From Oopsacas minuta (Eukaryota > Animalia > Porifera): 64,000 nucleotides of DNA. The notes under the pieces are model-generated. The model did not search any database, was not told where the DNA came from, and saw nothing but the letters and a program-made list of their open reading frames with translations. Positions 36,763 through 47,400 of the stretch are shown in pieces; position 1 is the stretch's first letter; each line of letters starts with the position of its first letter. The stretch covers positions 358,426-422,425 of the forward strand of contig JAKMXF010000311.1 of the NCBI GenBank assembly GCA_024704765.1, given 5' to 3'. A program made the translations under genes and the position numbers.

Positions 36763-37239
36763 TTATTTCACAAAGAGTATTAAGTACTCATATTGCTTAA
36801 GTTCTCCATCAGGTTTCAGTCTCTTGTATTTCCCCTTAGGACAATCGACATCAAACTCTCCAGCCTTATCGTCTTTAGTCCTCCAATCAATGTTTACATT
36901 ACAATCTGTGAAGATAAAATTTTCCAGATTGTTGGCGCCAATTTCTACCCCACAAGCTGGGCAAAAATTGTCAAACATTGCTTTTCTAACGTTACAAGTT
37001 CCAGGAGACCTTGCATCCCTGCAAAAACCCTTTTGTATACAGACTATTCCGTATCCAAAGGATTGGCAGTACGATTCACAGAAAGAATTAAAACATTTCA
37101 CATTGAAGTTTATCCCTTTACCTGCAGTCATGTAATCAGGTCCTGATTTTGCAAAGTCTCTCGTTTCAAAGCAATTTTCTGAAGTTGCATCCAATAATTC
37201 GAAATTTGTAAACATTCTTGGTGTATTATTAGAGGCCAT
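36763..37239 (-). CDS. Stand-alone Cys-rich domain family member (158 aa), inverted orientation
   Basis: KGINFNVKCFNSFC...CPAC...FTDCNVNIDW; closest in style to the C-terminal domains of the UBL fusions. Confidence 0.82.
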   Translation of the reverse strand: MASNNTPRMFTNFELLDATSENCFETRDFAKSGPDYMTAGKGINFNVKCFNSFCESYCQSFGYGIVCIQKGFCRDARSPGTCNVRKAMFDNFCPACGVEIGANNLENFIFTDCNVNIDWRTKDDKAGEFDVDCPKGKYKRLKPDGELKQYEYLILFVK

Positions 37240-37698
37240 TTGTGTGTCTGTGTTGAGATAATTTATACATAATATAGGTTATTAGGGATATTTATAAGAT
37301 CTGTAATTTTAAATTTAGTAACAACTTAATTAAATATTACGTAATACTTTCAGTAAAGTACCCAATAAAATTCCCTCTGCTAAAGATTCCAATATTCGTA
37401 AGTGTTTTATTCTAAATCTAGTTTGGTTAATTTTTGATATTGTTAACAAGTTATACAAATGATTTGTTAGACATTAGAATTGCACTGAATAATTAACAAA
37501 TATGAGAAGTATAACTTACTAATATTAATTAGAGTCCCAGGGTAAATTTAGTGGGTACATTACAGGAATAATTAAGTAATATAGCGCTTATTAATTGTAT
37601 AAGAAATACTAAATTTAGAAATCCATTGAAATATTTTTCATCCTTAAATCAACCCAAAATCTTATAAATACGTATTACCAAAATAAATTCTATATAAA

Positions 37699-38658
37699 TT
37701 GCAGAAATCAGCAAACATAACAAATACAATGGCTACTTCTCCAGAAAAGATACCATCAAACTATGGAGCATCAACCATAATGGATAGAGATAATAATTAC
37801 AGAGATTCACAAGACGGGCAGATACCGTCTGATATGATACCTTCAAAAAAACGGAAATTTCCAGAATATATAGAGGAAATGGACCCAAAAACTGTGCGAA
37901 AAAGCCAAACAACAAACTTAGAGATACGGCAGGAAATAACGAAAGACGCTTATATGCAAGAAAGGAGTGTATCGTTTCAGGAAGAAAATAGTGTTGAAAG
38001 TTGGAGTACAATTAGTGAGAATATATATGATCGCAGTTCTTCAATATCCAATATCAAAAAACCCGATCCTGAACTATTTCAGCCTGAGTCTGTCAAACAG
38101 GAAATGAATCCTCCTAAATTGAATACGGAAACAGAAACCAACAGAGCAGATTCCCTTGAGTATAAGAAACACATAACTCCTCCTGTATCCACATCCCATA
38201 ACCAAACAGAAGATGCATTATCATTTATAGACAATGTATTCTCAGAAATAGCAAGCAGACATTTGGTCATGATTGAGGATAATTGGAGCAAATGCGCTAT
38301 AGCTCCTATTCCTGGAATAAACCTCATCGCTGTGTGCAAAAACTTGGAAATTCATGATACGCTTAAAACCATAATTTGTCCTATGGGGATGTTTGTAGGT
38401 GCGAATGGATATTGTAGCGTCGACAGGGAAATTTATAGATTAACTTGCCCGCAATGCAAATTTAAGATAATCCCAGATAACTCACTATGTTTAGCATTCT
38501 ATCAATGCAAGTATACGATTACTTACCAAACAGAAAAGATGAATAGTAAGTCTGGAGAAACTATTGAAGGAATCGTAAAAGATAATGAACTTGTTTATGG
38601 AAGAGTTTTTAATACTGATGGTACTCCCTTTAACTATTTAGAAGTTGTTGTTGAATAA
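37699..38658 (+). CDS. Cys-rich domain family member with a long disordered N-terminus (likely start ATG 37729)
   Basis: PGINLIAVCKNLEIH...IICPMG...NGYC...CPQC...FYQC. Confidence 0.78.
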   Translation: MQKSANITNTMATSPEKIPSNYGASTIMDRDNNYRDSQDGQIPSDMIPSKKRKFPEYIEEMDPKTVRKSQTTNLEIRQEITKDAYMQERSVSFQEENSVESWSTISENIYDRSSSISNIKKPDPELFQPESVKQEMNPPKLNTETETNRADSLEYKKHITPPVSTSHNQTEDALSFIDNVFSEIASRHLVMIEDNWSKCAIAPIPGINLIAVCKNLEIHDTLKTIICPMGMFVGANGYCSVDREIYRLTCPQCKFKIIPDNSLCLAFYQCKYTITYQTEKMNSKSGETIEGIVKDNELVYGRVFNTDGTPFNYLEVVVE

Positions 38659-38803
38659 TTACACATACTGTTTGCATGAAACATTTATGTTACTGTTTAT
38701 ATTTATTAATACAATATGCAGTTGAATAGTTCTCAGATAAGTACGAATATATTACAAGTACTCACATACCAATATACACATGGCGTAAACAGGGAAGTAA
38801 TAA

Positions 38804-39694
38804 TTAACTTGTAGATACTCCTAATCCCATAGGTTGTAATGAATCTCTAGGAACTGTTCCTTTACGGGGGCAAAGTTGTGGATTGTTCGAATCAACCTCT
38901 TTTCTAGCATGATACCTCCAAGCCGAGGAAATGAAACTCACAGGGATGTATTTTTTCACTTCGTTCTCTTTCTCAACTAGTGAAAGGTATTCCTGATCCA
39001 ATAGCGGGAACCTCACATGACTTATTACTCTCTCTACTGTATCTCCTAATGATTTATTACTGGCTAATGCGTTAACGCCAGCCCATTCCTTGACTCTACT
39101 TAGAATCTCCACCTCGTCGATATTCAGTAGATCTGATTGCAGAATGAATGCTAGTGCTTCGTCTGAGATTTCTCTAAAAGCGCTGGTCTTGAAAACTTCC
39201 TCCGTCTTAACTTCAATGTATTCCAGACATTCAGCTTGCAAATCAACTTGCTCGTACATAAGGGCTGCTTGTACATATTCACATACAGTGTCTACGCTCA
39301 TGCTTTCCCGCATAAATTGTACACAAATCCGTCTCAATCCGTCTAATCCAAACTCTATAGCAGCTCTAAGTACTTCGGATACAAATTCAGAACTAAGTTT
39401 ACAGCTGTTTGTGTAAATGAATTCTAGAACCGATAAGAAGATAGGTGGGGAAATATCAGAGAGTACCAGTGGAGTATTGGGGTCCTCTCCCTCGCTGGGT
39501 GGGACAGAGAGCATAGCACGAAATACAGCACATCTGGCAGCTAGCATAGATCTATGTGAACACATTATACGACGCTCATCTCCCACTAAAAATTTAATAT
39601 CACTCCATTCCTCATCATCTATCATTTTACTCATTTCCTGTGCAAATGCATCAGGATCACCGTATAAGGTTTTCTCTTTCATTAAGCGGGACAT
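38804..39694 (-). CDS. BTBD19: BTB/POZ-BACK domain protein 19
   Basis: WSDIKFLVGDERR..SHRSMLAARC, FLSVLEFIYTNS, BACK domain, and C-terminal AWRYHA...CPRKGTVPR like BTBD19. Confidence 0.85.
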   Translation of the reverse strand: MSRLMKEKTLYGDPDAFAQEMSKMIDDEEWSDIKFLVGDERRIMCSHRSMLAARCAVFRAMLSVPPSEGEDPNTPLVLSDISPPIFLSVLEFIYTNSCKLSSEFVSEVLRAAIEFGLDGLRRICVQFMRESMSVDTVCEYVQAALMYEQVDLQAECLEYIEVKTEEVFKTSAFREISDEALAFILQSDLLNIDEVEILSRVKEWAGVNALASNKSLGDTVERVISHVRFPLLDQEYLSLVEKENEVKKYIPVSFISSAWRYHARKEVDSNNPQLCPRKGTVPRDSLQPMGLGVSTS

Positions 39695-40118
39695 CGTTAT
39701 ATCGTGAATGCAAATAGTTTAGTGAATCTATATTTGTTTGTGAATAATATTTATACTCATCGCCATTGGACTATAGTGCAGATTTGTACAAATAAATCTG
39801 ATTGGATTAAATATTTCATACAAATACATTAGCAGAATGCAGTAACTTATCTCAATATGTATAAAGTTAACTCAGGACCCTCGTTTCATTTCGATAAGCG
39901 GAGTAAAATCAAATACTTGCTAGCAATTCGGGGTAAAGAATAACTTCGTCATTACGGGAGTTTACTGTAACTAAATATTACACGATGGTATGGGCAATAT
40001 AATTGGCCAACATATATCAGGGTCCTATGATATAGATCTTGCTTTAGCATTTTAGCAAAATTATTGTTATGCAAATCCATTGTATCTCTGTAAGCAATAA
40101 AGTACATTCTTGCAACAG

Positions 40119-41529
40119 TCAGTCCATCAGTTTTCCATCGCAAAATGGATCATCAGATTCATGTGAGAATCTACACATTCCGCTATAGTAACCATGTCCT
40201 GATACTTCTACTATTATTCCATTCTTCCCTGCTCCAATAGACTCCTCTTTAACTGCTTGAGCTATGAATTTACCTCCTGAAGGTCCTGTGAACATTCTCT
40301 GTTGTCCAAGCTTGAGATTGTGTTTGTAGAATTGTATGGCAATTCTTGCTGTAGTCCCTGAACCACAGGGACTTCGATCAACCTATTAATTAATTATATT
40401 AAAGATTGTTGCATTGGAGTCATATAGCGTAACCTCCACAAACAGAAACGGAGTTTCAAGCACACCGATATATGCTAAATCGGGTCCTTCTCCCGATTCT
40501 ACCAATTCCCCATTGGTGGAGGCTCACTGTATTATTGTTCTATTAAACTAACTTGAGCATCTCCAAATACAACAAAATTATTACATATTTCTTCAGTATT
40601 ATCATTTTCATCGATAAGAATTGTTCCGTATAGAAATGCAAGATCTGAGTCAGTATGCTGTAACTTAATTGTCTTTCTTAGTAATTCAGTGAGGCTAGCA
40701 GCTGCAGACCTCAAGGCCTCATACCCTGAGGTTTTTAGATCTAAGCCGAACTGAGTAACTAAAGCTACAGCATAGAAAGCACCACCATATGCAATATCGT
40801 AGTGTATAACGCCATAGCCTGGTAACTCTATTTGTGAATCTTGTGAGAAGATATATGATGGCACAGAGATGAAGCGAGCTCTGCCAGACTTTCCTTCTGA
40901 ATACTCCACAAATACAGTTACGAGGCCACAAGGACATTGTATGTTAACTTTAGTCTCAGGAGCTACTGCCGGAACTATACCGTAATCTATAGCATAGCGG
41001 CCTAGAGCTATAACAGCATGCCCACACATTGTAGAATATCCTGTAAATAACCATGGATTATAGCCTATAGAATATATCTTGAGAGAGCTACAATTTTGCC
41101 TCAACCACTTTGCATGGTAATATCTTGAAAACTATAGGTCAATTTTGTATGCGCAAAATGGCAAAAATGTAGGTTCGAGCGTCATCTTCCTGAAAAATTA
41201 TGTCCCGGAACAATTCGTCATACCACAACTACACTGAACAGGGCATTAAACAAACCTTCATTATGCATGAATAGTACTGCCATATCTGCATTGGGCAGAT
41301 CAGGCTTAACAGGAATAACTCCGTACATTGCACGACTACCTCTTGGCTCACAGATAAGTCTTGTTCTCAAATGATCCAGGTGCTTAGTCACAAATTGTCT
41401 TTTCTCTAATATTGTGGTACCCTCAATATTTGGATATCCGGATTGTATAATGCGTACAGGTTCAAGGCAAGTGTGCATTTCTAATGTCTCTAAAATATCC
41501 TGTCCTATCAGCTGTGCTCCACTAGCCAT
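40119..41529 (-). CDS. L3HYPDH: Proline racemase / trans-3-hydroxy-L-proline dehydratase family enzyme (copy A); exons 41529-41256, 41040-40553, 40382-40119; 341 aa
   Basis: EMHT..EPVRII, EPRG, YSTMCGH, DIAYGGAFYA, LYGTILID, VDRSPCGSGTTAR; canonical phase-compatible junctions. Confidence 0.9.
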
Positions 41530-42635
41530 GCTAACAAACTGTTAATTGATTGGGAACACATTTATATGCAATTGTTCAATTGACCACAATTAAAATATTC
41601 TCAGTACATAAATAGATCCATATGATTGAGTAATACATTCTAATCGGAAGATACTATTTGGTGACATTTGGCTAAAGCAAAACAGACCAGACTTTGTTGT
41701 AAAAAGCAAATTATGAAGTTTCAGACCACAATATCGCCACAAAACCTACACAGTTTAAGAATAGAATATGTAACTATTGAACCAACAGAAAGTAATAATA
41801 GCTGCAACATCTTATTGTGATAATCTGGGTAAAATTAGACTAGAAATAGTAATGATCATATTACAAAGTGAAAGTATAGATTATATTCAGCAAATTCGCC
41901 AGATGTTTGACTACGTAACTCGTGCGAAGCAATAAAGATCTTCTGTCATGCATTAAACCATGTAATATTGTAATTATCTTATTTTCAAATGGTACAGATG
42001 GTTCTGGTGGTTGAATATGAAACTGTTAATAATAACTCTAATATTTTGAATGTATTTATTTCCTTATTAATTCCTTTCAAGTTTGAATTATAATATAGTA
42101 GAAAGTATTTAATGTTTGCATTAAGAGGGTCAAGCAAATATAGAAATCTCCCATAGCGATATCATATATCCGAAAATGCAAGATATCGATAAATATCGCG
42201 ATTTTGTTTGTAAATATCAAAAATATCGAAAAATGGAGAAATATGTGACAAATGTTCCTTGTATGCAAATACGTAACTATCCAAACTTGAATGCAAGATA
42301 TTATACGTAAAATCCACAATAATGAAGTTCTTGTATATTTCCTTAGAACTTGAATTCTTATATGAATTATTCTAATCAATAAAATTACTGTCTCAATGTA
42401 GCCACAAATATATCTAGTGGAGCATTTGAATATACATATTTGTCATTGCGGGCAAGAAAGTCATACAGAAACAATAAACAAATCAACATAGCGCATTACA
42501 TGGAAAAGAAAAGATAATTAAATATTGGATAATATACAATCTGTTGGGGCATGCAGGAAGTATGCTAACTTGAGCTAGCAAATAAATTAATGCAAGGAAA
42601 TTGCAGTGCAACTCGGAAGCTTTGGATGTTAGCGA

Positions 42636-44412
42636 TTATTTAAGCAGCAGTCCGTTTGGCAGCGTGTCTTCTTTCTCTATTCTAAACGTGTGTTCTCCTG
42701 TGTAAAAGCTCTGGCCAGAGACCTCAACTACAATTCCATGTCTTTCTCCTCGCTTCTCTTCTCTTAGAGCCCGTCCTGTGAAAAATCCGCCAGACGGCCC
42801 GCTGAAAGTTCGAAGATCTCCGAGTTGTATAAAACCTTTGTAGTACTGAAGTGCTATGCGAGCTGTAACGCCGCTACCACAAGGACCACGAGCTATCTAC
42901 AAATGAGATTAATTTAAATTCAGGTCAATTAATTACAGTGAAACCTCCACAAACTGGGACTTTGTCAGAAATGGGGTAGGACTATTTGCCAGGGCCGTTT
43001 AAGTCCTCAATCAACCCCTGGTATAAATGGGAGAATGGTATCACTAACTACACTATACTTACTTGTCCATCTGCCAATACACAAATATTAGCGGATACTT
43101 CTTCAGGATTCCTATCATTATCATCTATCAGAATAACTCCAGCTAGAACTCCGAGTTCTGGGCACTCTGTATGTTCTATCATAACAGTTCTCCTCAGAGC
43201 TTCTGTTAGTATTACTCCAGCAGCTGACAGACTCTGTGTAGTAGAGTCTTGCAAATTTAGTTTGAATTGACTTACATTTGCAATTGCATAATAAGTTCCA
43301 CCGTATGCAATATCGTAATTAATCCATCCGTAGTGGTCGAGGTGTATTTCATGATCTTTTGTGTAGACGAATGCTGGTACTGAGTGGAATCTGACTCTAC
43401 CAGATTTTCCATTCGAATACTCCACGAATACTTTCACAACTCCACAAGGACATTGTATCTTAACTTTAGTTTCTGGTGCCTGTGGTTTTACGAGCTTGTG
43501 GTCTAGCGCATATCTTCCAAGGGAAATTATACAATGTCCACACATTGTTACATAACCTAGATATGAAAAGGATATCACATATCACAGATTAAGCATTGCA
43601 AATAGAGTCAACTCCAGTCATATAGAAACTCAAAGGACAAGGATAATATAAGCGAATATAACCAGCGAAACGTATGTTTGGGACCATATTTGTACAATTT
43701 CAGACCTCAAAATAAGCAGATATTTCGATATAACTGGAGTTGAGTGTATTTTGCTATCACTTGTAAAGTCAACCATACAACACTACAATTTAGATTTGTT
43801 AGCCACAAATTATTCAACTTTGGAATTTGCATTTTTAGATTCTAAGGACTGATTTTGTCTGCATTCCGTAAATAATTAATTATATTTTAGTTGGTTAGCT
43901 CAGGCTGAGTTTATTGTGGGATTAAGCGGAAAGTATTTTATGTGGATTTTAATTATTTGTAACAGCAATTTTGTAAATAAGTAAAACATATATCAAAGCT
44001 CATTAATTATTTGATTATCCTATTAATTAGCTCATTAAGTACTCAATTAATTATTAACGAATGAAAATTTATTTGTACTACAAGGTTGATTCAAACTAAC
44101 CAGAACTGTTCATGAATAGAGCTGCTATGTCGGCTTCAGGGACATCCGGTGTAACGGGTAGTACCCCAAACATGTCTTTATGTCCTCTTGGCTCTAACAT
44201 AAGTCTCATACGGAGAGAATCTAAATGGCCCCTCGCATATTTTCTCTTTTCTAGGATTGTATTGCCAGTTATGCTCGGATATCCTGCTGTCACTATTCTT
44301 ACTGGATCGCCACATGTATGCATGTCTATTGTAGATATAGAACAGCTGATATCTGTGTTTGTTATAGGGCTGTTGGTAGTAGTAGTGGGGCAAATCTTTT
44401 TTGAGGGAGCAT
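42636..44412 (-). CDS. L3HYPDH: Proline racemase-family domain (copy B), C-terminal part of the fusion
   Basis: TIDMHTCGDPVRIV, EPRGHKDMFG, YVTMCGH, DIAYGGTYYA, IARGPCGSGVTAR. The third exon (42896-42636) is absent from the ORF track. Confidence 0.92.
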
Positions 44413-47400
44413 CTGGAGAGATAATGTTATGTTGAAATACAGTGGAGTTCGCCAATTTGTAATATTCGCCTAAATAGCAAGTACTCACCTAATTGTGCAA
44501 GATTTTCGGAAGAAGAAGATAGAGATCGTTTCTGAGAATCACTTCTATTATGTGTATGCGAATTATCCAATTCTTGTGAATCATTGTTTGTATGAGGAAT
44601 TTCACGTTTCATACAATGGTATAAACTTAAATTCTGTCTGTGTGAGTTATTGTTAATATGTTCAGGTCTTATAAACTGGGGCGGAACTTCTGACTTTAGC
44701 TGGTAAGGTATAGGACTAGCTTTAATAGGAAAATTTTGTATCGGGTAAGGGAGTGTGGGTGTGTTAGGCATTACTAGACTTATGGCATGATATGGGTGAG
44801 CTGGTGATGTTATAGCAGGGCTGGAGAGAGTTTGTTTATAGTTTGTTGATGGAATATCCAAGTGCATACCATTTGCATGCTAAATAATTACAGTTATGAT
44901 AAATAGCAACGTAAAATTGGTTTCAATTGATCTACTGGGGTAAGAAAATACGAATTTTGCACTTTCAAGCTTCTCATATGCAAATTGATTTTGTTTTTAT
45001 GTTTATTGGAACTTGATAACTTACCTTTGGAGTAGATGGAGTAGAAGTAATGGAATAAGATGTAGCAGGGTTAAGCTTTTTCTTAGGATTTGTAGATTGT
45101 ATATTAGGAATTAGGAGAGATAATGGTACATCATGGTTAGCATCAAGTCTGTGTAGACCTGGTGTAGACGGAGAAGGGAGGAGAGGATTAATCTTAGAAT
45201 TTGAAGGATCGAATGTGATTGGAGTTAATGGAGAGAGATGTGAGCTAGCTACACCGCTAGGCATTACTAGATAACTTCTGTTGAATAGAGATGGACTGCT
45301 GGGGGTTATTTCTCCCTGAGAACTTTCAAAAGCATTGAGATTTGTTAGTTTCTAAATGCAATGATAGTTAGAATCAATACATTTGAAATTTGAATATTTG
45401 GAAAGTATTCATTGTTTATGCTGGGATTTTCGAAATATACAGGGAAAAAGTTTGCATATTTCTGTGTGCATTTTCCCAAATAATAGCTTGAAGTTGCAAG
45501 GAAATCTTTTGAAAAAAGTTTAGTAAATGTGTGATAGAAACATAAATAATCTTGTTTCAGAACTTACAGTTGTAACAGACAGCTGGGATGATAAAGATTC
45601 AGACTGAGAGATAGGTCCTAGGGATTGTGAGTTAGTCATATAATGAGGCATTAAATCAGCAATAGAATCTTCATATACACAACTACTGAGCTCATCTGGT
45701 GTTTCTTGGTTAGACTTGGGGAATCCAGGTATTTGTGTGGGTACCTGTGGGTATTCCTTGGAGGGAGTCTCCCCGGCATTATCGGTCAGCTCGTATACCC
45801 TATGGCCTCTTATGTAGACGTCTTTACGTTCTTTAATTCCACGGACGGAGTACAGTGCGCATCTAAAAATTTTTGAGTAATTAGAAACCTAACATGCTAC
45901 AATACATTTGTACTTTGAGATCATGAAACGTAAGGAGTGGAATAAAATCTGTATGTTTATAATTGAATTAGAATACTTATATTGGATTACCATGTGATTA
46001 TATTAGAAAGGAAATATACGAATATTACAAGGAATTGAGTTATTGAAGTTTACTGTTTACAAAGGGGCTGAATTGTTTAAAATCAAAGGTATAACTAATT
46101 TCTATTCAAGTTTCTGTAAATATACACAACATAAATGTTACATAATATGGAATATATTTTGAAGCCTTATTTCAATAGAAATATATTTTGTATAGAAAAT
46201 TACTGAATGAAAGAATTTGGAATTCATTGATTTTGCAGAAAAGAATTTAATATTTCTGAAATTATGATAACGATAGAGGGAATAATATTTGCAACTAATT
46301 TACCGAAAATTGAGTTTCCAGTTTATTGGATTGGCTTCACTCTTCCTATGTTTGCCAGAATAAGATGCCCATTCCTTGTACAAGGCAGCATCTTTATCCA
46401 TGCAATAGGTCTTCTCGCGTGCATGTTTCCAAGGCACAGAGAACAAAGTCTTTCCGTCTGTCAACCATTTAAGTCCCTCGTACTTTCCAGAATTTATTTG
46501 TTCTACTAACCACTTTTTGAGTCGTCGCTTACCTAAGAAAATTTGTAATAAATAGTTGCGTAATTTCTTTAATTCCCTGAATAATGTCAATTCAGAAAAT
46601 TTGCATAAAACATGGAATGTGTTTTAAAGTTTCAATATTCTTTGAAAATGAGGAAAGTGTCTAGTAGCATAAAGATAGAAATCTTGCATTGCGCAAGAAA
46701 TAATGAAATTATAATTAGAAGTATTGGATCAGGCTTTTAAGAAAATACTTTCAATAACAATTTGGTCTGAAAATACTGATTGTGATGCATTACCCATTCA
46801 CTTTCATACAATCTTGTTAATTGACAAACAAAGAGAAATGTTCAGTAATATTGCGAAAATTAGTATTTCATAAAAATATCATTCATCTAAGTTATTTGCC
46901 ACATGTAATCCTATGCAAACTGTACCTTTCGATAACTTTGAGACAAGAATAACAGATCTCATAAATTCGTAATTGCAATCTAATCTATCATAGTCATGAT
47001 AAATGATGTAACATAGCAACCATTCGGATTACACAGGTGTAATGCGTCTAATGTGAAAGTAACGACAATGCATTAATCATCGTGACTTGGTATAAGAAAG
47101 AATTTCAGTTTGGCTACTGTAACATTCCACAGATTGCTGTCATTCCTAAGAGACTACAATTCTCTAAGCAACGTATATCGTGCCAAGAATGCAGTATATC
47201 AGTGTACTCAAAAATTCAAATAGGATTTGGATTGTAATGAAACAACAAAAGACGGAATAAATAATCAAACCTGGAGTTTCAATATTTAGCTCTCCACCGA
47301 ACTCTCCATCAGAATAACTACTGTTAATCAAGTCTAATTCTTGACCGCCTGAGGGAGATTGTGAATCCTGTGTTAGCGGAGACATATTTCCCTTGTCAGA

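Noticed and set aside
42077-42379. 100-aa minus-strand ORF and GATATC-rich patch between the racemase copies
   Set aside because: Low-complexity AT-rich sequence resembling a transposon remnant; no protein signal.
44470-44488. A nearer in-frame acceptor (ctatttag|GC) for the IRF-enzyme junction, and the ORF-track 'start' at 44488
   Set aside because: It would make a 19-nt intron, too short. The 44488 'start' is GTG belonging to the GTGAGT donor, not an ATG.
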